Under the pieces are notes generated by a model that made no database searches, was not told the DNA's origin, and saw nothing but the letters and a program-made list of their open reading frames with translations. Positions 1 through 9,114 of a stretch of DNA of 64,000 nt are shown piece after piece. The DNA comes from an uncultured Solirubrobacterales bacterium. GTDB taxonomy: Bacteria > Actinomycetota > Thermoleophilia > Solirubrobacterales > Solirubrobacteraceae. The stretch is taken from NCBI GenBank assembly GCA_963773395.1, contig CAVZAY010000001.1, positions 6,491-70,490 of the forward strand. Direction: 5' to 3'. Position numbers and translations under genes: made by a program. How positions within the stretch are numbered: the first letter of the stretch is position 1; every line of letters starts with the position of its first letter.

Positions 1-1100
1 TGCGGCAGCTTTGCGATCCGCGGGCGCTCGCGCAGGTCACGCCCACCGAGGGCCTCGAGCACCAGCAGCGCGGAGGCGATCCCGTCGCCGGAGGGTGCGA
101 AGCCGAGCTCGAGGATATGGCCGGACTGCTCGCCGCCGAGCGCGAAGCCACGCTCGCGCAGCGCCTCGAGGACATAGCGGTCACCGACCGCGGTCGTGGC
201 GACCTCGATTCCGGCGGCCTCGAGCGCCGCCACGATCGCGAAGTTCGTCATCACCGTGATCGCGATGCCGTTGCGCGGTAGGCGGCCATCCTCGAGCAGA
301 TGCAGCGCGATCAGCGTGAGCAGCTCGTCGCCGTCAACGAGGGTCCCGTCGCGGTCGACCGCGAGCACGCGGTCACCGTCGCCGTCGAAGGCGAAGCCGA
401 TGTCGTGAGCGCCGCGCACGACCTCAGCGGCCAGCAGCTCGATGTGCGTCGAGCCGCAGCCGGCGTTGATGTTGCGCCCGTCAGGCTCGACCGCGATCGT
501 CGTGACGCGCGCGCCCAAGCGCTCGAAGATCTGCGGCGCGACCTGATGGGTTGCACCGTTCGCGCAGTCCAGCAGCACGTCGACGCCGTCGAGGCGCAGC
601 GCCTGGAAGCGGTGATGCAAGTCCCGGACATAGTCGGCGGTCGCTGCGTGAAGAGTCCGGATCCGGCCCACCGCGCCAACCCCAAGAGAATCGTCCTCGA
701 GGTGCTCCTCGATCGCTGACTCACGCTCGTCCGAGAGCTTGAAGCCGTCGGCACCGAAGAACTTGATGCCGTTGTCGGTGTAGACGTTGTGCGAGGCGGA
801 GAGGACGACGCCGAGGTCGAGGCCGTGGCGGCGGATGAGGAGCGAGGCCGCCGGCGTCGGGAGGACGCCGCCCAGCAGGACCTCCGCGCCGGCCGAGGCG
901 AGACCGGCGGCGATCGCCGCCTCGAGCATCTCGCCCGACTCGCGCGTGTCGCGGACGACGAGGACGCGCGGGCTCGCGACGGCGGACTGGAGCACCGCGG
1001 CGCGACCGAGCGCGAGCGCGAGCGCGGCCGTCACATCGACGCCGGCGACCCCGCGGACGCCGTCGGTGCCGAATAGCCTGCGCCTGCGCTGACCCGCCAT
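1..1100 (-). CDS. glmM: phosphoglucosamine mutase, N-terminal ~366 codons (3' end lies left of the window)
   Basis: Own minus-strand translation from ATG 1100..1098 gives MAGQRRRRLFGTDGVRGVAG... The FDGDGDRVLAVD and LGGEQSGHILE motifs follow in the same frame (codon starts = 2 mod 3 at both 1100 and 140). It is absent from the ORF track only because no stop lies inside the window. Canonical glmM-rpsI-rplM neighbourhood. Confidence 0.9.
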   Translation of the reverse strand, partial: MAGQRRRRLFGTDGVRGVAGVDVTAALALALGRAAVLQSAVASPRVLVVRDTRESGEMLEAAIAAGLASAGAEVLLGGVLPTPAASLLIRRHGLDLGVVLSASHNVYTDNGIKFFGADGFKLSDERESAIEEHLEDDSLGVGAVGRIRTLHAATADYVRDLHHRFQALRLDGVDVLLDCANGATHQVAPQIFERLGARVTTIAVEPDGRNINAGCGSTHIELLAAEVVRGAHDIGFAFDGDGDRVLAVDRDGTLVDGDELLTLIALHLLEDGRLPRNGIAITVMTNFAIVAALEAAGIEVATTAVGDRYVLEALRERGFALGGEQSGHILELGFAPSGDGIASALLVLEALGGRDLRERPRIAKLP

Positions 1101-1115
1101 CTCAGGCGAGCAAAG

Positions 1116-1829
1116 CTAGCGCTTCGAGAACTGCGGACGCTTACGCGCCTTCTTCAGACCCGCCTTCTTGCGCTCCTTGGCACGTGCGTCGCGCGTCAGG
1201 AAGCCGCGGCGCTTGAGCTCGCCGCGCAGGTTCGGATCGGCTTCGAGCAGGGCGCGCGAGATGCCGTGACGTAGGGCGCCCGCTTGCGCCGAAACGCCAC
1301 CGCCCTCCATGCGAGCGACGACATCCATGCGCGCCTCGTAGCCGACCGTCTCGAGCGGCTGGCGGATGTTGCGCTGGAGCGTGTCGCGGGGGAAGTACGC
1401 CTCGAGCGTGCGGCCGTTGATCGTGTACGTGCCGGTGCCGGGGCGCAGCGTGACACGCGCGATCGCCGTCTTGCGCTTTCCCGTAGCGCGATAGCGCGCG
1501 CCGGCAGCGAGGTCGATCGCGACCTCCTCGATCGGCTCGACAGCGACGATCTCCTCGATCGCCTCGGGCTCCGTGGCCTCGGCAGGCTCCTCGTCCTCGT
1601 CGTAGGAGTAGGACGGCTCCGCGCCCAGCGGTGCGAGCGGGTCGACGCCCTCGGGGACGATGTCGACCTCGAGGTCGGCGCCAGGGACGATCGCGGGCTG
1701 TTCCGACGGCGCCGCATGGGCGCGGCGCGGGCGAGCGGGCGCGCGCTCTTGAGGCGCAGGCTCCTGCGCCGCAGCGCTCTCCTGCTGCGCTTCGCTCTCC
1801 ACCGGCTGCTCGGGGGTCTCTTCGCTCAC
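1116..1829 (-). CDS. rpsI: 30S ribosomal protein S9 with an acidic N-terminal extension of about 100 aa
   Basis: Last ~130 aa of ORF 1116..2513: [29 protein letters not shown]...[19 protein letters not shown]...[12 protein letters not shown]. The upstream part of that ORF is an out-of-frame shadow over rplM. The only in-frame starts upstream of the core are GTG 1829 (overlaps the rplM TGA as GTGA) and GTG 1802. No ATG/GTG/TTG lies closer to the core. Confidence 0.85.
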   Translation of the reverse strand: MSEETPEQPVESEAQQESAAAQEPAPQERAPARPRRAHAAPSEQPAIVPGADLEVDIVPEGVDPLAPLGAEPSYSYDEDEEPAEATEPEAIEEIVAVEPIEEVAIDLAAGARYRATGKRKTAIARVTLRPGTGTYTINGRTLEAYFPRDTLQRNIRQPLETVGYEARMDVVARMEGGGVSAQAGALRHGISRALLEADPNLRGELKRRGFLTRDARAKERKKAGLKKARKRPQFSKR

Positions 1830-2266
1830 CTGGCGTGCCGTAGCTCCAGCGGCTCGGGCTTCTGCGCCCGATGGGGATGCTCGGGACCGGCGTAGATCTT
1901 GAGCTTCGTCAGCTGCTTTCGCGCGAGGCGGTTGCGCGGCATCATGCCCTTGACGGCGAGGCGCAGCACCTCCTCCGGGCGGCGCGCCATCATCTGCTCG
2001 AGCGTACGCGTGCGCAGGCCCCCCGGGTAGCCGGAGTGGCGGTGGTAGAGCTTCTGCGCGCGTTTGTTGCCCGTCACGGCAACCTTCTCGGCGTTGACGA
2101 CGACGACGAAGTCGCCGGTGTCGATGTGCGGCGTGTACGCGGGCTTGCGCTTGCCCCGCAGCGTGTCCGCGATCTGCGTCGCGAGACGGCCGAGCGTCTT
2201 GCCGGAGGCGTCGACGACGTACCAGTCGCGCTGGCGGTCTGACGGCTTTGCCACGTAGGTCTTCAT
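1826..2266 (-). CDS. rplM: 50S ribosomal protein L13
   Basis: ORF 1826..2284: [47 protein letters not shown]... ATG 2266 gives the canonical MKT N-terminus. GTG 2284 is the longest alternative. Confidence 0.93.
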   Translation of the reverse strand: MKTYVAKPSDRQRDWYVVDASGKTLGRLATQIADTLRGKRKPAYTPHIDTGDFVVVVNAEKVAVTGNKRAQKLYHRHSGYPGGLRTRTLEQMMARRPEEVLRLAVKGMMPRNRLARKQLTKLKIYAGPEHPHRAQKPEPLELRHAR

Positions 2267-2367
2267 TGCACGAAAGAACGCCACGCGGATTCGCGCGGCG
2301 CGGGCCTGATGATAGAGGAAGCCGCCCGCCGGTGAGTCTGGTGGCTTCCTGCAATGATGCGGCCGCG

Positions 2368-3033
2368 ATGAGCAGCGAGGAGTGGCGGGTCGAGGCGCGG
2401 CTGGCGGACAGCGGAGCGGCGGAGCAGCTGCACGCGGCGGCCGGCGCGGCGAAGCTGTACGAGCACGCGCGCCGCGAGCTGTACGGACGGGCGGCGCTCA
2501 GCCACGACGACAACCGCGTCTTCGCCTATGCGGACACGCGCGAACACGCGGAGGCCGCACAGAGCGCACTCGAGGCGCTCGTGGCGATGGAGGGCCTCGC
2601 GGCGAGCTTCGAGCTACAGCGCTGGCACCCGCTCGCGGAGCACTGGGAGGACGCGGACGAGCCGCTGCCGGAGTCCTCCGCGGAGATCGTCGAGGAGCAG
2701 AGCGAAGGTGAGAGCGCCGAGCTCGCGGCCTCCTCCGAAGAGACCGAGCGGACCGGCGTGCCCGAGTACGAGGTGCGCGTGACGCTGCCGACGCATCGCG
2801 ACGCGGCCGCACTCGCAAGGAAGCTCGCCGGCGAGGGGATCCCGAGCCAGCGCCACTGGACTTACCTGCTGGTCGGCGCCTTCTCGGAAGACGCCGCCAA
2901 TCAGCTGGCGGAGCGCCTGCGCAGCGAGGCGCCGAGCGGAAGCGAGGTGCGGGTCGAGGCGACGCTGGCCTACGTGCTGAGCCACGAGCCGCACAGCAAA
3001 CTGCTCGCCGCGAACCCGTTCGTGCTGTTCTGA
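2368..3033 (+). CDS. hypothetical acidic protein with two similar alpha/beta modules
   Basis: ORF 2248..3033. ATG 2368 ([12 protein letters not shown]...) preferred. Strong GC3 coding pattern. Internal similarity: [22 protein letters not shown] vs [22 protein letters not shown]. No family recognised. Confidence 0.6.
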   Translation: MSSEEWRVEARLADSGAAEQLHAAAGAAKLYEHARRELYGRAALSHDDNRVFAYADTREHAEAAQSALEALVAMEGLAASFELQRWHPLAEHWEDADEPLPESSAEIVEEQSEGESAELAASSEETERTGVPEYEVRVTLPTHRDAAALARKLAGEGIPSQRHWTYLLVGAFSEDAANQLAERLRSEAPSGSEVRVEATLAYVLSHEPHSKLLAANPFVLF

Positions 3034-3094
3034 GGCCGCGGGCGGCACGCGCGCCATCGCATCGAAGCGAGCCCGCCCGCCCGCGAGGTGCTCG

Positions 3095-3122
3095 CTTTCG
3101 CGCGAGGTTGTCGCGTAAAGGG
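3095..3122. repeat. left terminal inverted repeat of the IS1182-family element
   Basis: CTTTCGCGCGAGGTTGTCGCGTAAAGGG, read directly. Pairs with 4743..4770. Confidence 0.8.
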
Positions 3123-3191
3123 TTGCCGGGCGGCCGGGGTGGTGGCGCGTCGATGCCCGGCTGGTCGGCGTTTGGCGGGTCGGGCGCGGTC

Positions 3192-4709
3192 TCAGGCCAC
3201 TGCTGGCGCCATTTGGTGGGTGTGGAGCTTGGTGAGGTTGTGGGTCAGCATCATTAGTCGCCATTCGGTGCGCACGGCGGCTCGGCCTCGGCGGTGGAAG
3301 CGATCGAAGCCGCGGTTGTGTTTGGTGTGCCCGAAGGTCGGCTGGACTGTCTGTTTGCGCTCGCGGTAGAGCTGCTCGCCGCGCTCAGTGGCGAGCACTG
3401 TTCGCATCCAGGCGTAGCGGCCGCCGGTCCAGCCGCGCCTGGGACCTTTGCGTTTGCTTGAGTCGGGCGGGATCAGCACCTCGATGTGGTGCTCGGCGGT
3501 GACCTGGTCCATGTGCCGCTCGTTCCAGAACCCGGCGTCGGCGAGCGCCGCCTGGGGTTTGTTGCTCACACCGGCCTGCTCGAGCTCGCGCAGCGTGGCC
3601 GCGACCATCGGCTCAAGCCGCGAAAAGTCGATCGCCTCGAGCGTGATCTCCGCGGCGAGCACGATCTGGTGCTCGTTGACCGCGGCCTGCGCGTTGTAAC
3701 CCTGCACGTACGCGTGGATGCCCTTCACTAGCCGCGAGTCAGGATCGGTCAGGTTCACCTCCCCCGCGGGTGTCGCTGGCGACTGGTAGGGGTTTGGTGG
3801 CGAGCCGAAGCGTCGTCCGTCACTGGCCCGCCCGGTCGCACGGTAATGCTCGTAGGCGTCGTTGCCGCGACGCTCGGCAGCCAGCTCGTCGGTGAGCCGC
3901 CGACCCGCTTCTCGCAACCTTTCAGCGCGAGACCGCGCGACCGGCCGGGCGCGCGCCCAAAGGTCCTGGTCAAGCTGGCGCTTGGCTTCAAGCATCCAGC
4001 CGTCTCGGCCCTGACCACGCGCCACGATCTGCGCCGCATCAAACTCGTGCACCGGCTCGCCGGGGGCGGCGTCCGCTTTGCGCTCCCGCGCGAGCTCGCG
4101 CTCAAGCCACGCCCGCCGACCCTCCGCGGTCGCGAGCTCCGGCGGCAGCTCATCGCCCCGCGCGTCACCATAGAGCTCGTCCTCGGCCGCATCTGTCGCC
4201 TTGGCCTCCTCGAGAATCTCGCGCGCCACACGGTCAAAATCAATGTTGCGATCGCGGCTCGCGTTCGCACGCATCTTCGTCCCGTCGATCGCCACGACCC
4301 TGGACTCCACCAGCCCCGCCTTCGCGCACAACCGCAACACCGACGCGAACAACCCCGCCAACGCCGCCTCGTGCCGGCACAAAAACCGGGCGATCGTCGC
4401 ATGATCAGGAACCACGTTCCCAGTGATCACCCGATAGGCAACATCCTCCCGGCAACGACGCTCGATCCCGCGCGCCGAACGCTCCTTCGTCGCATACGCA
4501 TAAAGCACCAACGCGACCATCATCGACGGCTCATACGCCGCCCGGCCATGCCCATCAGCGCGATAAGAGCCATAGAACGCCGACAACTCCAACGCCCTCA
4601 CGCTATCCAGCAGAAACCACGCGAAATGATCCTCCGCCAGCCAATCCCGAAGGCTCGGCGGCAACAACAACACCTGCTCGCGATCACACGCCCTGAAGTT
4701 CTGAGCCAT
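3192..4709 (-). CDS. IS1182-family (IS4/IS5-superfamily) DDE transposase
   Basis: ORF 3192..4709, 505 aa: MAQNFRACDREQVLLLPPSLRDWLAEDHFAWF..., then a long charged linker, then a C-terminal DDE region (LADAGFWNE, QPTFGHTKHNRGFDRFHRRG). Family assignment is from remembered architecture, not a search. Confidence 0.8.
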   Translation of the reverse strand: MAQNFRACDREQVLLLPPSLRDWLAEDHFAWFLLDSVRALELSAFYGSYRADGHGRAAYEPSMMVALVLYAYATKERSARGIERRCREDVAYRVITGNVVPDHATIARFLCRHEAALAGLFASVLRLCAKAGLVESRVVAIDGTKMRANASRDRNIDFDRVAREILEEAKATDAAEDELYGDARGDELPPELATAEGRRAWLERELARERKADAAPGEPVHEFDAAQIVARGQGRDGWMLEAKRQLDQDLWARARPVARSRAERLREAGRRLTDELAAERRGNDAYEHYRATGRASDGRRFGSPPNPYQSPATPAGEVNLTDPDSRLVKGIHAYVQGYNAQAAVNEHQIVLAAEITLEAIDFSRLEPMVAATLRELEQAGVSNKPQAALADAGFWNERHMDQVTAEHHIEVLIPPDSSKRKGPRRGWTGGRYAWMRTVLATERGEQLYRERKQTVQPTFGHTKHNRGFDRFHRRGRAAVRTEWRLMMLTHNLTKLHTHQMAPAVA

Positions 4710-4742
4710 CCCAGAAGTCTCTTAAATCCGCCAGACAGCACC

Positions 4743-4770
4743 CCCTTTGTGCGACAACCTCGCGCGAAAG
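4743..4770. repeat. right terminal inverted repeat of the IS1182-family element
   Basis: CCCTTTGTGCGACAACCTCGCGCGAAAG is the reverse complement of the left IR, with 2 mismatches. Confidence 0.8.
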
Positions 4771-4856
4771 GGGTTACGACAGTCGATGGTCGGCTGATGG
4801 CTGCGACGGCCGCGCAGCGCAGCCGGGTTGTCGGCCAAACCGCGCTTGCCCGTCGA

Positions 4857-5831
4857 TCAGGGGCCCCACTGCTCGGTAAGTTGCAGGTCTTCGTCGAGCG
4901 CCCGTCGCGGCTTGATTTTGAGCGCGCGGAGGTCGGCGTGATAGGCCCGGCATGCTTCGCGGGCATCCGTTTGCCCGTCAGCGATTGCTCGCAGATGGCC
5001 CAGAAAGGTGAGCGGGTGCTCGCTGTCTTTGATCTTGCGCCCGAACAGCGCCGCCCTCGCCCCGTGCTTCCGCGCGTCCTCGAGCATGAAGAAGGCGTCG
5101 TAGGTCGTGCCCGAGGAGCCTCCCAGGATGCCCGGGATGAGGTGCGGGTCATATGCGACGAGCTCGGCCATTGCGCGCGGGCCGTGGTAGGGCATCTTCA
5201 GGAACAACGGCCGCCCGGCCCGCGGGATCCCAGCGAGCGTGCGCGCAACGAAGTCGTTGAGAAATCTCCCCACCTCGCCCGGCGCGTGACCGGGCACGTT
5301 CGGAGCGAACACCTCGAGAAAATGGTGCAGGCCCTCGCGCTGCGCCTCGAGCCGAAAGTTCCTGTAGGCCTCGAGCGCGGCGACGTCGAGCTCGGCATCG
5401 TTGGTGGGGGTGATCGAGTACAGCCCGAGGTCGACGCCCGCCGCACCCCTGATCTCCTCGATCGTCGCCGTACGAAATGGCCTCGACGGCTGCTGCGGGT
5501 AGACGGCGCCCGCCAGTGCGTGGATATCAGTCGTGTCGTTCGCGCGCACCGCCGGCGTTATCGACGAGCCCTCGAACAGGCGCTCATCGCAGGTCAGCTG
5601 CTCGCTCGTGCTCACGCTCATGAGCATGATGTCGACGAGTCCCTGGCGGACGATCTCCCTGATCTGGTCGCGAAAATCGGCCAGCGATCGACGCGCGCCA
5701 GTGACCGCGTCAACGCCCGGCGCGACCAGGCCGAAGGCCATGTCGGCATCCTTCGCGTCGGCCAGGATAAAGTCGCTGGCGCCGCCGGGATCGGCGTGAA
5801 TGTTGGCAAGCTTGGCGTCGAGCGATTTCAT
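4857..5831 (-). CDS. (beta/alpha)8-barrel protein resembling the Cgl0159 family, putative class I aldolase partner of the upstream kinase
   Basis: ORF 4857..5831, 324 aa (MKSLDAKLANIHADPGGASDFILADAKDADMAFG...FLKMPYHGPRAM...GGSSGTTYDAFF). Its ATG overlaps the kinase TGA as ATGA at 5829..5833. The family name is from memory of sequence character and the kinase pairing. The function is an inference. Confidence 0.65.
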   Translation of the reverse strand: MKSLDAKLANIHADPGGASDFILADAKDADMAFGLVAPGVDAVTGARRSLADFRDQIREIVRQGLVDIMLMSVSTSEQLTCDERLFEGSSITPAVRANDTTDIHALAGAVYPQQPSRPFRTATIEEIRGAAGVDLGLYSITPTNDAELDVAALEAYRNFRLEAQREGLHHFLEVFAPNVPGHAPGEVGRFLNDFVARTLAGIPRAGRPLFLKMPYHGPRAMAELVAYDPHLIPGILGGSSGTTYDAFFMLEDARKHGARAALFGRKIKDSEHPLTFLGHLRAIADGQTDAREACRAYHADLRALKIKPRRALDEDLQLTEQWGP

Positions 5832-7009
5832 CAGCGGAACGTCAGCGTGCCGGCAGGATCACACTCGACGGTGACATCGCGCCCCAGCTCGATGTCGAGC
5901 GCAAGCCGCGGCCAGCCATCCGCGAGCCGTGCCGCGACGTGCGGCCATGGCGGGATTGCGCTGGTGGGATCCACACCCTCGACGCTACACGCACCGACCG
6001 CGGCCGCGCTTGTCGCTGCGTCCGCCGGATCCTCGCCGCGCAGCAGAGCGGCAAGCAGGCCGGCGATCGTGCAGTCTCCCGAGCCGGTCGTTCCGGCGAC
6101 CGAGCGCGCAGCAAAGCACGGCGCCAGCACCTCACGACCCCGCCAGGCATCTGCCGCGAGCCCGATCCGATCGCAGAATGCGCCGACGCGAGCGGCGTCT
6201 CGCGCAGTCCGCAGGTAGAGCCCTTGATCGCCGAGCTTGATCACGGCGACAGCGACGCCCATGCCGAGCAGAACGTCGCCGAACTGCGCAAGCCGTTGGC
6301 GGTCAACCACTGCGGAGAGGTCAGCGCCCGCCTCCAGCCGTGCGTGTGCCGGGCGGTCGAGGATGAACAGCAGCTCGCCGATGCTTGGCGCGAAGATATC
6401 CACGAATGGGAGCGTGCGCGACAACACCCGCTCCCACGGCACGTGGCCGGCCTCACTCTCTGGATCAAGCGCGCAGAGGTCAAGCGATGTCGCCGGACCG
6501 GCCGAATGCACCCGTTCAAACATGCCGCGCAGCTGCGCGCCGTCGGCGGCGTACATCTCACGCATCAGCGGCGGATAACCGAAATGGAACACGCGGACGC
6601 CGGCAAGCAGGTCGTAACGAACATCCTGCGCTGAGAAGGTCTGGTTGGCGCCAGGGCAGTGCAGGAAGCTGCGATCGACGGAGGGTGGGTTGATGACGAT
6701 CGTGTAGCTCGTGATGTCTTTGGGCGAGACGATCATGTCCGCCGCAAGCTCGCCGTCACGAGCCGCGAGTGCGTCCAGCACCGCGCGCCCGAACAGGTCT
6801 GCCCCGACCTTGGCCAGCAGTCGCACACGCACGCCCAAGCGGTGCAGAGCGATCCCCGTGTTCGCGACCACGCCACCGGTCGAGATGGCCACCGGTCCTA
6901 CGACCACCAGCCGGCCCGGCTCGAGCATGACGGGCCCATGCAACTCAGGAAACAGATCCAGGGATATATGACCCGCAACCACAGCCTCGGTGGAAGTCAA
7001 TGCACACAC
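5831..7009 (-). CDS. PfkB-family carbohydrate kinase with ~45-aa C-terminal tail
   Basis: ORF 5831..7159: VVAGHISLDLFP...ISTGGVVANTGIALHRLG...GTTGSGDCTIAGLLAALL (PfkB signatures). GTG 7009 sits just before the conserved N-terminus. The first start codon of the track ORF at 7159 would add an Arg-rich leader. Confidence 0.8.
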   Translation of the reverse strand: MCALTSTEAVVAGHISLDLFPELHGPVMLEPGRLVVVGPVAISTGGVVANTGIALHRLGVRVRLLAKVGADLFGRAVLDALAARDGELAADMIVSPKDITSYTIVINPPSVDRSFLHCPGANQTFSAQDVRYDLLAGVRVFHFGYPPLMREMYAADGAQLRGMFERVHSAGPATSLDLCALDPESEAGHVPWERVLSRTLPFVDIFAPSIGELLFILDRPAHARLEAGADLSAVVDRQRLAQFGDVLLGMGVAVAVIKLGDQGLYLRTARDAARVGAFCDRIGLAADAWRGREVLAPCFAARSVAGTTGSGDCTIAGLLAALLRGEDPADAATSAAAVGACSVEGVDPTSAIPPWPHVAARLADGWPRLALDIELGRDVTVECDPAGTLTFR

Positions 7010-7164
7010 GGTGGCGTCCACAATCGGGCAAGACCCTACCGACGCGAGCTGGGATCCCGGCTTCGCGCCCACGCGCGACTCGCCCCCACGAGCACGGTCG
7101 AGCGGCGCGAGCCGCGCCCGACGCTCACGCGACGCCGGCGATTCGAGGCGCAGGCGCAAGACAT

Positions 7165-7378
7165 CCAGCTGACGAGGGTGCGCGTTCGGGTTAGAGGCGA
7201 CTTCAGCGGAGCCCCAGCCGTGTCAGGCGCGATCGAATACAACGTCGCGGTCGAAGGCAACGCCACGCCCAGGCGGCTTCAAGCGTTGATTGATCGCGTC
7301 GACGAGATCGCCGAGATTCCGAACTCGCTACGGGCCGGCACACCCGTGCATCTGCGCAGCGGCTACGCAGACGACTAA
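7165..7378 (+). pseudogene. OsmC-family protein, C-terminal remnant (~70 aa) lacking its N-terminal half
   Basis: Tail of ORF 6659..7378: TRVRVRVRGDFSGAPAVSGAIEYNVAVEGNATPRRLQALIDRVDEIAEIPNSLRAGTPVHL, which matches the C-terminal half of OsmC-like proteins. Everything upstream in that ORF is antisense to the kinase gene. Confidence 0.5.
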
Positions 7379-7461
7379 GAGACGACCGCTCCCCAAGCGA
7401 GTGAGCGCCTGCCAGAGCTACCTACGTCGGCGGCACCACGTGCCTGCCTCGCGCGTCGGGT

Positions 7462-8607
7462 CTATCGGGATGGGCGGCTCCAGAGCACTCGTACGTGACC
7501 GTTGGCGTGGAGTTCGATGATGCCTGTGAATGTGCCGTTCCCGAATCCGCTGGTGGCCGCGAGGTAGATGTTGTCGCGCCGGTCGACGGCGATGCCGTTC
7601 GGCTCCATCGAACTGGCAGGCCCGAGCGCGCCTGCGCCCATCGTGCCTTTCGACAGGGAGATGATCGGGTCGATGGCTTTCGGGGTCGCCCGCACCACGG
7701 ACAGGTAGTCGCTGACGACGACGGTGCCGTCGGGTGCGGTTGCGAGGCCGCCCTCGTCGTCGTAGGGGTAGACCCCGGGGAACGTCTTCGTCGTGCCGTT
7801 GGGCTCGACGATCAGCAGCTCCTTGCCGTGACCGCCGCCGCTGTCGCACGCCGCGTAAAGAGCACCGCCGCGCGAGAACGCGACGCCGCTCGGAGGCAGG
7901 CACGACTGTCTGTGCAGGACAGGGTCTAACGGCCAGTCGACGAGCTTGCCGCCCGGCGTGAGTTCGAGCACGGGCCCCGACGCGCTATCGCCGCAGGCGC
8001 GGCCCAGCAGGTAGAGGTCGCCGTTCGGCCCGATCGTTCCCGAAGGGGTTTCGATCGCCGCGCGGGCGAGAGCGCCGGCGCTCGCATCAACCCCGGAACA
8101 CGCGCCGACGAGCGTCCGGATCTTGCCATCGGGAGCAACTTCGCGGACCTCGGCGGTGAACCCTGAATGCACAGTGGTGGTGTCCCCGTCATCGAAGATG
8201 TAGAGCGCGCCGTCGGGACCGGCTACGAGGGCGTCCGGGTTATCGATCTCTGCGCGCAGCGCTGATTCGCCGTCGCCCGAAACGCCGGCGACACCCGTGC
8301 CAACGGCGACGCGGAACCTCCCGCTCGCCACGAGCGCTAGGACCTGATGGCGCGCCGCATCACCGACATACAGCACACCGTCGGCAGCCACGGCCACCGA
8401 CGCCGGGTCTCTCGGAACGACTTGCGCACCCAAATCCACAGCGGCCGGTGAACGCGACACGCGCGACACAGCCAGCGAACTCCCACCGGTGCCGACCATG
8501 AAAGCAGCCACCGTAATCACACAGGCCGGCGGCGCGAACCACGCGAGGGGGCGCCGACGACGCCCCGATTTCGCCAACGGAACAGCCTGGTTACCAGCGC
8601 CCCTCAT
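7462..8607 (-). CDS. membrane-anchored/secreted NHL-repeat beta-propeller protein
   Basis: ORF 7462..8607, 381 aa. N-terminal basic segment plus hydrophobic anchor (PACVITVAAFMVG). Repeated units of the type DGVLYVGD, DGALYIFDD, NGDLYLLG, GGALYAACD, DNIYLAATSG. Confidence 0.75.
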   Translation of the reverse strand: MRGAGNQAVPLAKSGRRRRPLAWFAPPACVITVAAFMVGTGGSSLAVSRVSRSPAAVDLGAQVVPRDPASVAVAADGVLYVGDAARHQVLALVASGRFRVAVGTGVAGVSGDGESALRAEIDNPDALVAGPDGALYIFDDGDTTTVHSGFTAEVREVAPDGKIRTLVGACSGVDASAGALARAAIETPSGTIGPNGDLYLLGRACGDSASGPVLELTPGGKLVDWPLDPVLHRQSCLPPSGVAFSRGGALYAACDSGGGHGKELLIVEPNGTTKTFPGVYPYDDEGGLATAPDGTVVVSDYLSVVRATPKAIDPIISLSKGTMGAGALGPASSMEPNGIAVDRRDNIYLAATSGFGNGTFTGIIELHANGHVRVLWSRPSR

Positions 8608-8733
8608 CCGGAGCTAGACGCTACCGCCCCCGCAGAAAGCGAGCGCGCGACCGGCAGGCCCCGGAGTGACCGCCTCGCGCGACGAGCAGCGGGCCTCATC
8701 CCTCGTTTAGGGCAGATAGAGTCGAAAGGAGCC

Positions 8734-8892
8734 ATGGGGCGACAGGCCACGGTCGTGCTTTACGTGCTCGCGCTGGTAGCCGTCGTGGTCGGCGTGGACG
8801 TCCTGTTCTTCAGGCACCAGTTCTGGCCGCGCCTGATAGCAAACGTCGGAATCGTCCTGGTGTTCGGGGTGTTCTACTTGAACCGTCGATGA
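8734..8892 (+). CDS. small two-helix membrane protein (52 aa), below the ORF-track size cut-off
   Basis: Own translation: MGRQATVVLYVLALVAVVVGVDVLFFRHQFWPRLIANVGIVLVFGVFYLNRR. AAAGGAG lies 4 nt upstream of ATG 8734. Nearly all codons end in G/C. The listed antisense ORF 8707..8943 is less convincing. Confidence 0.6.
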   Translation: MGRQATVVLYVLALVAVVVGVDVLFFRHQFWPRLIANVGIVLVFGVFYLNRR

Positions 8893-9114
8893 GCGCATTC
8901 GCAACGGGTGCAAGGTCCCGTCTTCTCGCTGGCACGCGCCCACGGGCTTTGCCGAAGCACCCGTTGACGGCCCGGCAACGACCGCACTAACAACGCGCTC
9001 GGCGCCCGATCGCGCGAGAACGCGCCTGTGGGTGGTCGATGCGGGCGCGGGCTGGGGACGTCATCTCGTGCCAGTCTTGGCGCCGTTCCCACTGCGGTCT
9101 GCTACAGGTTGGTT

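Larger units (their letters stand above)
3095..4770 (-). mobile_element. IS1182-family insertion sequence (1676 bp), apparently intact
   Basis: 20-bp perfect terminal inverted repeats CTTTCGCGCGAGGTTGTCGC at 3095..3114 and, reverse-complemented, 4751..4770 (26/28 over 28 bp). They enclose a single 505-aa DDE transposase ORF. Flanks are CTCG / GGGT, so no obvious target duplication. Confidence 0.8.

Noticed and set aside
2285-2367. Hairpin GGAAGCC-N19-GGCTTCC and TATCAT upstream of rplM as a possible ribosomal-protein leader or promoter
   Set aside because: Only a 7-bp stem with a large loop. No recognisable conserved leader structure, and it cannot be evaluated without covariance models.
1116-2513. 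465-aa ORF suggesting a very large S9-like protein
   Set aside because: Only the last 238 codons are plausible. Upstream it runs out of frame across rplM with an Arg-rich nonsense translation.
3085-4780. Target-site duplication for the IS1182-family element
   Set aside because: The flanks CTCG and GGGT do not match, and shifting the ends by a few nt does not create a repeat. I left the element without a TSD, which is itself noted in a finding.
3846-6218. 790-aa plus-strand ORF, the longest uninterrupted ORF in this region
   Set aside because: Arg/Pro/Ala-rich low-complexity translation lying antisense to the transposase, the aldolase-like gene and the kinase, each of which has a convincing product. 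This is a typical GC-driven shadow ORF.
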